This document shows, one piece after another, positions 42,427 to 57,018 of a DNA stretch of 64,000 nt. The stretch is taken from contig CM022672.1 in NCBI GenBank assembly GCA_012295275.1, positions 6,014,001 through 6,078,000 on the forward strand, given 5' to 3'. Within the stretch, counting starts at the first letter, position 1; the number at the start of each line of letters is the position of its first letter. Both the position numbers and the translations under genes were made by a program. Source of the stretch: Chrysomallon squamiferum. Lineage: Eukaryota; Animalia; Mollusca. Under the pieces are notes generated by a model. The model was not told the origin of the DNA. It worked only from the letters and a program-made list of their open reading frames with translations, and ran no database searches.

Positions 42427-42618
42427 AAAAATTGGCTACTGTGACACTAAAAACTGAAGTAACAGGCTGATAACATCCTAACAAATACTTATTTTCACTG
42501 TCTGTTTCTCCATTATTTATTTATTTATTTGGATATTTTTAAGACTTGCACTCATTTTATTATCGATAGTATTCAATGCTTATTTTACATTCTGCATATC
42601 TCATGTGAAAATAATAAC

Positions 42619-42668
<50 letters not shown>

Positions 42669-43106
42669 CAACAACAACAACAACAACAATAATAATAAAA
42701 CGAAAATATTCATGAGGTATAGAGGGAAGAAAGAGAAAGCAAATACTGTTTTCACAACTGGATAGCAACACCTCTTTGTACAAATCAAGCAATCAATGTG
42801 GACAGATATATTTTATGGCTGTCGGTTGTCTTGAGCCTTGGCTCGTACTTGGCAACGAAGCGGTGTACTAGAAAGTGCGATAAACAAAATAAACTGTCAA
42901 ACAAAGAGGTATTTATCGATAAAATTACTTCAGAGAAATGACAAAACGCAAAGCTGCAGTCTTACGTGTATCGGTGTTAGAGAGAGCGCCTCACCTTGTT
43001 TTCGTTTTGTTTTGAGAAAGTGTAAGTTCATCAGAACGATTCTGGGGCTTTTCCTTTTTGAGAGATCCCGCAGAATTAGAAACAATTATAATTAGAATAA
43101 AATTAC

Positions 43107-43179
<73 letters not shown>

Positions 43180-43200
43180 AATAATAATAATAATAATTCA
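42358..43200. repeat. Microsatellites (CT)n and (AAT/AAC)n
   Basis: Runs near 42358-42425, 42610-42697 and 43111-43197. Confidence 0.9.
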
Positions 43201-43268
43201 ATTAATAAATAAATAAATATATAAATACAAAGATAAATAAAGAAAGAAATTAGCACAAAAAAAATAAA

Positions 43269-43299
<31 letters not shown>

Positions 43300-43701
43300 G
43301 TAAAATATAATATTACACAAACCTATATGAACTCTAAACAATACACAATGAAACATATAGATATGTATGACACAAAACAGATTTACTTTCGTACCTGTCG
43401 TTTAGAAGACTATTGTATTTGCATAATAAAATAGAAAAATAAATCTAAAATAATAAAAGGTTTATGCAGATCTTTTTCTTAAAAAACTAAAACGCTTTTG
43501 CACTTGGTACACTGTTCCTATCAGAAAAGTGATAATAAATGTTGACTTAAGCTAAAATATACGGTGTAGAATTCTGGCTTCTTATTTATTTTTTACTATT
43601 TTAATTATTATGATTATTTTTTTTTTTTTTTCATATGTTGTTACATGTTGTCCCAGATATTATTATACAATTGTTAATACATTTTTAAATTACATAGGTA
43701 G

Positions 43702-43765
<64 letters not shown>

Positions 43766-43834
43766 AAAGCTTAACATTAAACTATGACTAATCTATTAAA
43801 CACATCACTTCGTCAACATGAACATAACAGCATC

Positions 43835-45060
43835 CACTGCTGCTGCTGCTATTCCTATTCTTACTACTACTGCTACTACTACCTAAACTGCTGCTGCTAC
43901 TCCTACTCCAATTAATGCTACTTTAACTGTTGCTCCTCCTTCTCCTACTACTACTACTAATACTATCTTAACTGCTGCTACTACTACTACTTTAACTGCT
44001 GCTCTTCCTTCTCCTACTACTACTACTACTACCCTAACTGCTGCTACTACTATTCCTCTTCCTCTTCTACTACTACCTTAACTGCTGCTGCTGCTATTAC
44101 TACCTTAACTGCTGCTGCTACTACTACATTAACTGCTGCTGCTACTACTACTATCTTAACTGCTGCTGCTACTACTACATTAACTGCTGCTGCTACTACT
44201 ACATTAACTGCTGCTGCTACTACTACTACCTTAACTGCTGCTGCTACTACTACTACCTTAACTGCTGCTGCTACTACTACTACCTTAACTGCTGCTGCTA
44301 CAACTACTACCTTAACTGCTGCTGCTGCTACTACTACCTTAACTGCTGCTGCTACTACTACATTAACTGCTGCTGCTACTACTACTACCTTAACTGCTGC
44401 TGCTACTACTACTACCTTAACTGCTGCTGCTACTACTACTACCTTAACTGCTGCTGCTACTACTACTACCTTAACTGCTGCTGCTACTACTACTACCTTA
44501 ACTCCTGCTGCTGCTACTACTACTACTGCTGCTGCCTACTACCTTAACTGCTGCTGCTACTACTACTACCTTAACTGCTGCTGCTACTACTACTACCTTA
44601 ACTGCTGCTGCTACTACTACTATCTTAACTGCTGCTGCTACTACTACATTAACTGCTGCTACTTCTACTATTACTACTACTACCTTAACTGCTGCTGCTA
44701 CTACTACTATCTTAACTGCTGCTAATGCTGTTATTACTACCACCAGCATCAGTACCACTACTACTACTACTACAACTACTACTCTACGACAAAAACTACT
44801 ACTACTACTGTTACTACTACTACTATTACTACTTAAATTACTGCTACTACTATTGTTATAACAACAACAACGTTTACTTCGACTTCTATTACTACTACTA
44901 CTAATACACAACTACTGCAGTTACTGCTTCTGGTACTACTACAATTCTTTTCTGCTGCCGTTACTGCTATTACTACTATTAACAATGTTAGTACTACTAC
45001 TACTGCTGCTACTATCGTTACAACAACAGCAACTTATACTACTGCTACTACTATTACTAG
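43835..45060. repeat. Trinucleotide-derived minisatellite, unit ~ACCTTAACTGCTGCTGCTACTACTACT (24-30 bp)
   Basis: More than 20 units; most homogeneous in 44070-44720, degenerating into (CTA/CTG)n at the flanks. Confidence 0.9.
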
Positions 45061-45394
45061 TAATTTTATTCCAGTTACATCTGCTACTGTTACCGCGGGA
45101 TTTATGAAAGGGAAGAGCCCAATCATTTTAGTGAATTGAATTTTCTGAAAACATCATCATCATCATCATCACCACCACCATCATCAAATTATTATTTTAA
45201 CTATTATTATTAGATCACTGCTTCCGTTAGTATTTTTCTAAATATGTGACAACAAACAAATGAATGACTGACTAACTGAATGAATGAATGAATAAATAAA
45301 TAAATAAATAAATGACATGACATGATATGGCATGACACGACGCTATACAACACAACATAAAATAAAATAAATAAATACAAAATAAAAGATTTGT

Positions 45395-45445
45395 GCACCA
45401 TCACGTCAGCGCACGTAAACCGGAAAACGTAAAAACGGAAATTGT
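45395..45445 (+). promoter_or_regulatory. Candidate promoter for the coiled-coil/death-domain gene
   Basis: CpG-rich cluster CACGTCAGCGCACGTAAACCGGAAAACG (CRE half-site, ETS core) about 3 kb upstream of the ATG-containing exon, which begins with an acceptor at 48329. Confidence 0.3.
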
Positions 45446-45708
45446 AAAATATTTTACATCCGTTAAGCGCTCTTTTGTCATAGAAATACTTCTTCTTTTT
45501 ATCCAGCTTTTATGCATTATATTCATATAAAACGCTCACTGATCGTAATAATTTATTTAGATATTTTTACTGTTTTATCGTGATTTTTTCCAGCGTGCCT
45601 ACCTTCAGAGTGTTCTGTCTTCTTGTTCTTTTTACAATCGCACAGCTAACTGTGTACTGGTCATTATAAAATAGTTTTGCATTAAATATCACCATTTTAG
45701 CACTAATA

Positions 45709-45759
<51 letters not shown>

Positions 45760-46275
45760 GTAATATCGATTTTACATTATGTAGATCAAAAGTAACTTTA
45801 TTGATTGGTTTCTACGCCGCTTTATTCGTAAGAAAAAATCGAAAAGAAATCTGCACGTAGAGATCCGCCCAGCATTACGTGTGCGGTTTTAGTCCCCGGC
45901 TGCTTCATTCAAGAAAACGAAAATAGCAATCGATTTAGGATTTGTCTTTGTTATGTAATAGCAAGATAAAGAGGTTATACAACAGTATCTGACAAGTAAT
46001 ACCTTTATCAAGCCTCGATATATAACTAATATTGATCTAACATATGATATCTGTAGTTAGAAATATAAATGACATAAATCATATGTCCCTTCCTCCCTCT
46101 CTTTATGTGTATGTGGGTGTTTTTTGTTTGTTTATGTATTGTGAGATATTATATAGCGCAAACAGCTAAACGATGCTTTTAAAAAAGATGAAAATCAAAA
46201 CTCTTTTGTTGTTATTGTTATTTACTAAGGATTATTCTTTTAAAAATTCCAATTTTATCACTAATTTTGGAATTA

Positions 46276-46494
46276 TTACAAAACACACACAAACTTAAAT
46301 ATATATTTATGCTTACAAAACACACGCAAACTTAAATATATATTTGTGCTTACAAAACACACGCAAACTTAAATATATATTTATGCTTACAAAACACACG
46401 CAAACTTAAATATATATTTATGCTTACAAAACACACGCAAACTTAAATATATATTTATGCTTACAAAACACACACAAACTTAAATATATATTTA
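46276..46494. repeat. 37-bp minisatellite, ~6 copies
   Basis: TTACAAAACACAC(A/G)CAAACTTAAATATATATTTATGC starting at 46276, 46313, 46350, 46387, 46424 and 46461. Confidence 0.95.
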
Positions 46495-46896
46495 AATTTT
46501 TATGTTTTGTAACTAAGGTAAACTGTCGTCCAGTGATTCATTTTCAGGTATGAGTATTAATCAGTCAGACAAAGACTGAGTATCATTACTCACCAGGTGA
46601 CTCCTTGTCGTTGCATTTTAGGTTCACAAAAATTTAATTTAAAACAAATTAATTATGAAATAGATTTTTAAAGATTACTAGGTGAGGAATGATACCTATC
46701 AATATTTTTATTGAAAGTATGACACAATGAAATGATTTCATAATATTTTTTTTAAATGTATTTATTTATTTATTTATTTTTCATTTAAATGAAATGTATT
46801 TACTTAAAGACATTAAAATAAATATCCAAAGCAGCACCAATCAAAAAATTGATTAATATTTATATATTTTATATGTTATTAATAACATTATGTGTA

Positions 46897-46928
<32 letters not shown>

Positions 46929-48380
46929 TCTGTCTGTCTGTCTGTCTGGGTGGGTGGGTGTGTGCGTGTGTGTGTATGTGTGTGTTTTGCAAATATGATG
47001 ACTAGATACATTTCTATCTTTTCTGTTTGTTTATTTTCATTTTTTATAATGAATTTAGTTTACCCTAGAAATGATAACCACTAAAATGCCGCTCAGCTGA
47101 AATTTTGGACTGGATTATTGGTCTAAGTATTATGTCAATATTTTAAAATAATATTGGGACTGAAGATTTAACTGAGTGTATGTCTGTGCGCATGTGTGTG
47201 TGTGTGTGTGAGTGTGTGTGTGTGTGTGTGTGCGTGCGTGTGTGTGTGTGTTATCTTAGAATTTACTGATTGGTGCCATTTTCAAAAGCATTCAGTTTTA
47301 TGCAAAGCTTTATCTGTGTAATGAACAGTATCATACACACAAAGAGTCTATTCTTCGAGTTTTCTTCATGTTCACTTTTTTTTCAGTATCTCTTTCTTTA
47401 TTGTGAAGTTGATATTTCAGTTTAAAAACTGATATATAACATGTTACCACATCAAGTGTCGGTATTACTGACCAGAGCGTCAGCCTCTTCATCTAACATT
47501 TCTGACATCATTCGATGAAGCTAATCAAAGTTTTTCCTTCTGTTTCGCTACACCAACAAATTACTATTCTTATTTTTCATTTTTTTTTTTTTTTTTTCGT
47601 AAACAAAACCCAAAACTTTCGCTGAGATCATTTCACCATTTTCTGGGAAGGCTGAGCTAAGATTAATGTCATGGAGGTGCGTCACTGAGATATTGTGTTT
47701 CCAAAGTGAACAGTAAAACCATCTGAGCTAAGCGCTAAATACTTCAAATCATTTCTTTTATTTACGCATTAAACTTTTACATTAAACACGCTGAAGTATA
47801 GATCACACTGTAACTACATTTTTTTTTTTTAAAAAAAAAAATACTACAGTATTACTGTTAAACTATATTTGCGATGACACATATTATTTGGCAAACACAC
47901 CAGTATTTCTTTGCAAAACGTTTGTCACCTAGTTTAATACAAACCTTTCGACAAGAACTGCGTTTAAAACAACTCTCTCTTTTTCTGAAATTATTGTATC
48001 AGTATTAATCTTCACCAGCCTTAAGTGTATGATACTAGTAAGATGAAATGTTTTCTTTATGAACGTATTGAACTAATTATTTATATTACAAAGAGATCTG
48101 AACCACACATGAAAAGAGAAAATGGAACGATTATATTTTTATTTCAGTGGTTATTAGTTAACAGCAATGGTTTTTGAATACAAAACATTCCTATCGTTGT
48201 TCCTTGCCTTAATAATTAAAAGTGTACGAAGTCTGCTTCATAAGATAAATCAAATTAAGACAATGGATAAGAGTGTATTATTTTATGTATTATTATTATT
48301 ATTATTATTTTTTTTTTTGTACTTTCAGGTGACAGTTATCTCAAGAGTAGAAAGGGATTATCTCCCCTGCGGAAGCAACA

Positions 48381-50838
48381 ATGTCACAAAGAAGAAAACG
48401 CAAAAGCAGTCCGCCCCCTCCTTCCAGAGAAGCAGAACACAGACGAATCAACGAAATAATTCACAGAATTAACAATGACATTAAAGGATTCCACAGCAGG
48501 TACTTAGAAGGTCGGAACATTGATTACGTTGCGTGTTCCAGCTGCATGGACAAACTGCTCGAGGGCTGGGAAATGGATAAAGAATCGCTGCCGACGTGGA
48601 AAGAATTTATCGAATCTACTTGCAGCAAGACAGTTCCTTCCAAAATTACAACCAGCGAAGAATACTGCAACATCATTTATGTCTGCGAAAGGGCGCGCGA
48701 TTTTGAATTGCTGTTACCAGACATGCGCAATGAACTGGTTCACTGCGTGAAAAAACACGTGTACAAATACTGTCAGAGTTTCGAAGACGAGGCACGGCCG
48801 TTAGAGATTGCGCCGGTTCAGGAATACGCCTCTGAAATTGAGACTCATAAATCCGAAGTCGACACAAAAATTGACGACTTGGACCACAGCATTCTGACGT
48901 ACGGAGAAACAAAAAATCCCTTCTACAAATTCGTTTTCGAAGGTCAAGATCACGAGACTCTCATGGAGGATATTACAAAATGCATTACTGGAATCTGCGC
49001 TATTCTGAAGAAATGGATCAGAGAAGATCACACCTATCCAGAGCGACTGTCGCAGCAATTACAGAGCAACAACTCGGAGAAGGAGCAGCTGCAGGACGAC
49101 ATTTCGAAACTGTCTGACGACCGCTCCTCGAAAGAGAAACGCCTCCAGAGGATGGAGCGCAGTCGACTGAGAATCGTGGACGACTACGACAGTCACAAGA
49201 GAGAGAAGTCGACTCTGAAGCGGAGAGTTGCCGCGGTGGAGTCGAAACTGGACAGGCTGTCTAAGGACAAAGAGAAAAAGAACGAGGAGATAGCAGACCT
49301 GGAGGAAGCCAAGAAGAAGAAGAACTGTCTGTCGCCCAGGGATAGAAGCGAGCTCGAGCTGAAGATCGAAGAAAGTCGTGCCGATCTGGACAAGATAAAC
49401 GAGGAGGAAGAAGTGATGAAGAAACAACTGAAGAGACTGAAAAAAGAAGAGAAACAAGTGTCGGACAGAATGTACGAGCTGAAGGTGGAGGCCTTCACAA
49501 ACAGACACAAGCAGTACGACATCCAGAAGGAGATTTCTGACATCGATGATAAGATAACGTCACTGAACGTGAGTTGTTTAAAAAATTTCATACAGATTTT
49601 ATGAGAGTCAGGAGTTAGCTGAAACGTGCCCACTTCACGTCTTTGAGCATTATTTTAACATTATCAAATCGATGAAACTATACTAAAATCGTGATTATAT
49701 TATATTATATTATATTATATTATATATTATACTATATTATATTATATTATACTATATTACTTTATTTTTGCTAAAATATTTTAATTAATTGTGTGCGAAT
49801 ACTTTAAATTTCATAATTGTTTTCATTTAAGACTTCATAATGTTTGGAATGGAACTGAACGAAATAATAATAGCAAAAACCTAAATATTAACATCATAAA
49901 AAGCGATACAAATATTTCTGTGCTCAAGATATCTTTTTATATTTCTCAGTTTTTAACTGTATGTCTGTAATAGTGTAATAAAACGACATTGTTTTATTTA
50001 CAGGAACGTATTCAAAGTATTGACGAGGAAAACAAAGTGATAAAGAAAATTCGAGATATGAAGCTTTCCCCATCTACGCTTCGAGAGAAACATTTTCAGA
50101 AGAAACAAACCAAAAAGCCAGATAATGGTGAAAATGTTGACATTTATTTGTTTATTATATTATATACTCGATTTTTGATTTTGTCATCGTTATTTTTATT
50201 TTATTTTATTTTATTTTATTTTATTTTATTTATTTATTTATTTATTTTGTAAAGCGAAAAAATAGAAAGAAAAACACACACAAAGTCATATTTATTTAAA
50301 TAACAAAATTCGACATGTTCAAAGTGATATGAAAGTATATTAGAATAAATTCTATATCTCTTTGATAACATTTAATTGATTAAGTGTTTCTACTAATTCT
50401 ATCATTCTTCTTCTTCTTCTTGCATTATTTTAATTTTATTTTCGCTCTCACTAATAATGGATAAAATAAATATTTATTCAAAAATACAAAATTATATAAA
50501 GATATATATATATATATATTTTAGGAAATTTAGAAGAAGCATGCAAATTTGCTGCTGTTGGCGTTGCCAGGGATTGGAAGCAGCTGTACGTCTGTCTTCC
50601 TTTTATTCCAAATCGCACAAACAGCAGACGAGAAAACGACGTCAAGAAAATGGATTTCTTCGGTGCGCGCCGCGACTGGACGGAGGAAGAACAAGCACAG
50701 AAAAGTCTAGAAAAATGGCGGTCGTTCAACAGACGTAGTGACGTGGTCCACTTGATTAAAGCACTGAGAAAAATTCACAAAGTTGACGTTGCTAGGATGC
50801 TGGAGAGTAAATACATGGTTGAAGGTGTCTACAGTTAA
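48381..50838 (+). CDS. Uncharacterised helical/long coiled-coil protein with C-terminal death domain, ~541 aa
   Basis: Exons 48381-49568, 50004-50127, 50525-50838 join in frame. E/K/R heptad-rich region about aa 220-420. C-terminus NLEEACKFAAVGVARDWKQLYVCLPF...EQAQKSLEKWRSFNRRSDVVHLIKALRKIHKVDVARMLE fits the death-domain W...W...L..AL..I...DVA pattern. Confidence 0.85.
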
Positions 50839-52765
50839 CGGTTTACTGTGAGGCTTTGCAGCTGAAGATAACTTTTTTTAATACAGTGATGGTAATAAAG
50901 GGAACAAGATCTGGTGCACAGTGTTTTGTGGAAGAAAACAAAATGTCCAACAATCCCTAATTTATTGTAAACATCTTGTACACTTTTCGGTTTTCGATTT
51001 TGCTAATTTTGACTCTTTAACGGAAAAGATAACTGATTCTGGTGTTTTAAAGTAATAATTTTAATGTAATATACACACATTTCTCCCCCTACAACGTTAC
51101 ATCACAAATAAGGACTTAAACATGAATTTGCTTTAAAATTTCAGATGATTTATTTATTTTAAACTAAAAGCTCCGATTGTGGTGCTTATAAGGAGTAAGT
51201 TTCCACTATGTTATAGTCCAAAATAACAGCAGCACAAATCACGACTAAACTTAAGTGTCTAATATATTATGTAGTATCAAGATGAGAAAAAGCAAAAATA
51301 TGTACAGCATAAGTAAGCATATGTTATTAACATTTATTTTATACGAGATAAATAATAATAAAATACAGGTATATCAATAATATTCATAACATGAATGTCA
51401 CAGACGTAATGTTATTGTTAAGCTAAATATAAATAATGGGTAAACTGCAACATACTGGTTTGATTTTTTTTTTTTGCAAACTGGAGAACAATAGATTATG
51501 ACAGATAAATGTAATTAGGCTAAAGTATTGTTGTTTAGATAAACATGCTACTTTACCTGCTTCGACTGGATTATTTTTCATTTTTCATTTTATTTTATTT
51601 TATTTTATTTTATTTTTTTATTTAAAAGTGTCATGTGTTAGCTTCAGGATTAACTGCGTAACGAGAGAGAAGTGAAGTAGTTAGGTAAGGGAGACAACCA
51701 GAAAGATCAGTGTATTTTCACCAATATTATAAAACATTGTTAAATATTTATTTATTTATTTATTAATAATTGTGCCAAATTTATTAAGCATTGTGTTGAA
51801 CAAATATTACTGAAGTATCTCTTATTAGTAACTAAAAATAATATAACTGATGTTCTTTTATCAACTAATTTTTACTGTTGTTTTTTTTTTTGCTTATCTG
51901 TTTTTTTTTTTTTTTTTTTTTTTTTACGTAATTTTTTAAAATATGAACATCTGTTTGGTGCACGATGTAGTTTTGTCTCAATTCATCAGTAATTACAGAT
52001 AATGTTTAACTAATGTACTATTAGTCATTTTTTTTAACAAGCTTTTAGTTATTTAAATAGTTTGCATTGTTTTACTTTATCTCCTAAAATATTAAAATAT
52101 AACCTATAGTTAACTGATTTAGTAATTTAGTTGAAATATATATCTGATAGTTATCATTCATTATTTGACCAAATATTTTTTAATATGGTATAGTTTTCTA
52201 ACCTGCAACAGTTCAACATTGTGATAACAATTTCATGTTTGTATAGTTCTAGACGAGCCTCTGTGATACATTTATATTTTACATTTATCCTGGACATTTT
52301 CCACATTGTATTTAATGTTTAAAATAGTAGAAGAACAAATGTTTATAAGCAAATAAATATATTTTTATGAATGCTTTATTTGTCTGTGAGTTTATCTTTT
52401 CTTTCTTCCTTGGAATTACGTGAAATTACTGATAGAGTGAAACAAGTTGCAGGAAACCATGGAACTAGCTGGAAATAATGAGTATAATATACATAAAAAA
52501 AAAGTAAGAATATTCTTCCCATATTTTTTTTATTCTTGCACAATTGCAAGGATGTACTTACCCATTGCTGATCGTTCATGTTCGTCTTAACCATTATCAG
52601 ACAAACGCAATTTTTCTACAACTGATTTCAGTCCACTCTTCCTTAACATATTATTGTTCTGTGGATAACCACAACATACGAAAAACAAAAGGAATGTATA
52701 ATAATTAATAATTTTTGTTAGTTTTATTTTATTACAGTATTATCTTGATGAAAAAACATCATTTT

Positions 52766-52801
<36 letters not shown>

Positions 52802-54012
52802 TTTTATTTATTTGTTTATTATTATTACTATTGCAACTTTTAACATTTTGAAACAATAATTGTTATAACGCCAGAGCTTTCATAATAAAAAATTCTATAC
52901 GCAATCAAGGCCAATAACTTTAGCTGAATGTAATAATTAGTACGTTAAAAAGTAATTTGAATTATCTCCCTTAGTTCGAATCGTAATTTTACATTAAAAT
53001 TAACGTTTCCAACAATTCTTATTATCTATTCTCTATGTAAATTGTCGCTTTGACAAATTAATTTCTAATTTAAAAAAATAAATAAATAAATAAAAAAAAT
53101 TTCAAAACTTTTTTTTTTTTTTTAAAACTCAATTTCTTAAAAAAATTTTTAAATACTTGGATTTTTAATTTTTCCATAAAATTCAGCAGAATAAAAAAAA
53201 AAAAAATTAAAAACTTGAATAAAATGAAAAGAAAAAAAAAAAAAAAAAAAAAATTAAAACAAATGAAAATTTATTTAAAATTATTATTATTTATTTATTT
53301 ATTTATTTATTATTATTATTATTATTTTTTTTTTTTTTTTTTTTGGATGATTCTCAAGATGATGATAAAATAATAGACGTTCATAAAAATCGAATATCGA
53401 CAAACGGACAGACTTTGGTAAGGGGTCTGCACAGTTTGGGGGTTTCTGTGCGTTCGAGGATTCGAATTTCAAACATTTACTGCTGTTTAAATGGGTGAGT
53501 AATTTACGTTTTGTATTGCAAGAAATACACACCATGTGTATTTGGTAAACTAAGTAAATGACAAATAAATATACGCACACTCGCATATGCATAATCAAAT
53601 GCATTCATTGATAAATAAAGCGGACAAGAAAGGATACATACATGTACATACGTCACGGAAAACAAATTGAAACACGTAACCGGGAATACATACTAATTTA
53701 ATGTATTTTCCTTTTTCTAAACTTGGCTAACGTAATTAATCCGTATTGAAATGTTAATAGCATAAATATTGTCACGCTAATAAACAGTAGTAACTTATAC
53801 TTAATTAATATTTCTTTTGATTGAGGAATGAAATGACCACGCGAAAAATAATATTTAAACATTTTATTGATCACTGTTGGAATATTTAATTCATGATATT
53901 TATAAATTATTATATGTGTATGTTGTATATGTGATTGTATGTCTGTGTGCATGTATGCGTTGGTGTCCCTATCAGAATATTTATGTGTGTATAAATATAT
54001 ATATATATATAT

Positions 54013-54063
<51 letters not shown>

Positions 54064-55151
54064 CATACATACATACATACATATATATATAGATAGATTA
54101 TTTATTTATGTATAAAAGTATAAATCAATAAAACAGAGATATCCTTAACTAATTTAATCTGTTCATTCAAGCACCAATTTGCAATGTTTCCTGCCAGCAT
54201 GCCTTCCATTAGTATTTTACAATGATTATATATATATATGTACAGTGCGTTTCAAATCGACTTTAGAAAAAAGTGACACCCCCTCCCACTCCCCCCTGTA
54301 TTCCCTGCACGATGTGACCTGTCCGTGAAGACCCAGCTCAGTACAACACCTCCTGACATTCCAATAAGCGTGGCAATCGGGTACACCGCTTCAACACAAC
54401 ATATCCATAAACAATGCAGTCTTTCACACGTTACAGAAGAAAAATAACAGCTTACTGAAATGGATCCTGAACTGGATTTAATCATATTTGGAACTGGTTA
54501 GTAAATGAAAAGAAAATAACTCTGATCTTTTCATTTTTCGTTATTTTCAATTTCACTTCTATGTTAATCTGTTTGTTACAATAGAAGAAGAAGTAAGAAT
54601 AGAGTTCCAGTTGTAAAGGTGAAAATTTAAACTGCTATAATCTTTAATTTACGGTTTGATCTGCAACTATCGAAAATACTTCTTGTAAGGGAATTGTAAC
54701 GGATTATTTATTTGTTATTATTTTTTTTTAAGGGTCACTGCATTAGTATCTGTAATTTGTACTGTTGTAGTATGCTTCACAATAAATATTTCGCAAATCC
54801 CTGGTAATGATCTTTTTTATTTTATTTTGTGTTAGTTACAGTTTATACTTGTTGTACTGGTCTATATTAGAGAATGCCTACCAACCTTTCAACCATTTTC
54901 AATGTGCCAAAATCCAGAATAGATTCAAAAAGCTGCATCTTGGGCACAATATCAGTCTGTTTGAACTGACTGATAAATTGGAGAGAAGGATGGAAAGTGT
55001 GGATTTGTATCTCATCGGTTCGCTCAGGGTTAAAGTCTGTACCATTCCAATATCAATCAGTCTTGTCTGACGTTAGAAATAAAAACTGTTATCTTACTGG
55101 TTTTAACAAATATGAAGAGCTAAATATCAGTCTACTTGCCTACCACTGAAT

Positions 55152-55183
<32 letters not shown>

Positions 55184-55419
55184 CTGAGTGTGTGAACTTA
55201 AAATGTAAAAATATTCAGAAATCTTTCAATGTAGCTTTGCAGTCCAGTGTATATTAAATCAATATTATCGAATTAAGGAATTTTATCAATGATTAAACAG
55301 TTTTATTTTATATAATTTAATTTAAATTAATTTAATTTAATTTAATTTATTTATTTATTACTATTAATTTTTTTATTTTTTTTATTTTAGTTGCGATCGT
55401 AGTAATTTTCTAAAATCTA

Positions 55420-55610
55420 AATGTCTATGGGAAGGTGCATATAAAAGATTACTTACTGCTAATCGATAAAACGTAATCCGTGAAATGGCGGCAGCAGATT
55501 TACTCTGTTATCATTAAAGGGGCTCCTTCGTCATAAAATATACCTAACATAACGGAATATAAAATATTTTAATCGCCTCGTTAAATGAAAATGTATTTCT
55601 TTTTCTTTCT
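55420..55610 (-). repeat. Dispersed SINE-like repeat copy
   Basis: Reverse complement reads ..CATTTAACGAGGCG..CTGCTGCCGCCATTTCACGGATTAC..CGATTAGCAGTAAGTAATCTTTTATATGCACCTTCCCATAGA. Similar to the 37.5 kb copy and to a recalled gastropod repeat (unverified). Confidence 0.4.
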
Positions 55611-55826
55611 TTGTTCTGTATAAATCATGCATAATTGTTTTTGATTGATATATCCACATTTGCCTGTGCTTTATACTATTCATTAAAATTCTATTTCTTG
55701 CAAATATTCATAAATATTTTTCATAACTTTTTAACCGTTTAAAAACAGCTGATGGCTCCATCGTGTTTTTCACGATTATTTTATTTTCATATTATCATTT
55801 TAAACTACATCTTTAATAGATCAAAA

Positions 55827-55860
<34 letters not shown>

Positions 55861-57007
55861 TACAAACGTTTCCATTTAAATTTATATAACAGTTCTTCTG
55901 GATTCATGCATGTAATGTATTATTTATAACATAGTTTTACTGATATTGGTTATAAACTTAATAATTTATTTATTTTTTATTTTATTATTATTGTTTTTCT
56001 ATTATTTTAAATGTGTGCTTTACGAATAATAAAGAGTTCATATTGATCAATTGTTGTTTGCATGCTTGTTTGTTTTATTGATGACCGCTGCGGAAGATAA
56101 CTCTTTAAAACAAATTATTTTTCTTGGAATTCTATGAATTAAATGTGCCATTATTATCTTATCAAGCACGCACTCACACACACACACGTGCGCACAACTG
56201 TTTGTAATATCAAGGGACATGCGATGATGAGAATTACTTTAAAATGTGCCTGTGTGAGGAGAATAAATAACCTAATACATATTATATACTTTCTGTCAGT
56301 GATTTGTCTATTAGTGAAACAAAATCTTTATTAATAATAAAGTAACCATTGTGATATAACTTGGTGATAATAAAGTTTCTATTATTTTAACACCCAAAAA
56401 ATAGAAATGAAAATAAACTTGATACACAGGGTAAAAATATTAACAAATTATGTGATGCTATCATCAAAGTTATCACAACATAATCTGTAACAAAACTACA
56501 AGAATTAACTTGAAAAGTGATATTATTTATTTATTCGTTATTGTTGTTGTTATTATTATTGTTATTGTTATTTTATTTAGGTATTATTACCAGTTATTAT
56601 TTATTTATTTATTTTTATTTCTATTTATTTATTTGTTTTGTTTTGTTTTGTTTTGTATTTTTTCATTAATTTTTTTTATTTATTTACTTATTATTATTAT
56701 TATTTATTACTATTTTTATTTATTTACTTATTATTATTATTATTTATTACTAATTTTTTTCATTATTATTTATTATTATTGTTATTATTGTTGTTGTTGT
56801 TATTCTGCTTCATTTTTTTCTTTTTATTTATTTATTATTATCTTTTTGTTTTGTTTTGGGTTTTTTTATTTTATTTTATTTTTATTTTTTTTTTTTTTTT
56901 TAATGGAAACTGTATCAAATTTAGCTTTATTACAGTCACAATTATTTAGCTGAAATGATATAAACTTCTATTTATCTTATATAACAAAAGCCGAGCGGGT
57001 GTTTGAT

Positions 57008-57018
57008 GGGAAATTTCC
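57008..57018. promoter_or_regulatory. NF-kB consensus-like site GGGAAATTTCC
   Basis: Motif match at the edge of a GC-richer non-coding island. Confidence 0.3.

Noticed and set aside
46276-46494. 37-bp repeats of CRISPR-repeat length
   Set aside because: They are head-to-tail with no unique spacers, so this is a minisatellite.
46500-46690. Possible 60-nt 5' UTR exon (46622-46681) and an adjacent TTTTCAG|GTATGA site
   Set aside because: Splice-like motifs are common in AT-rich DNA and cannot be supported without transcripts.
48520-49633. Several overlapping and antisense ORFs
   Set aside because: They are shadows of the GC-richer coiled-coil exon.
54240-54745. TACAGTG start resembling a Tc1/mariner TIR
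   Set aside because: No matching inverted end or transposase remnant was found.
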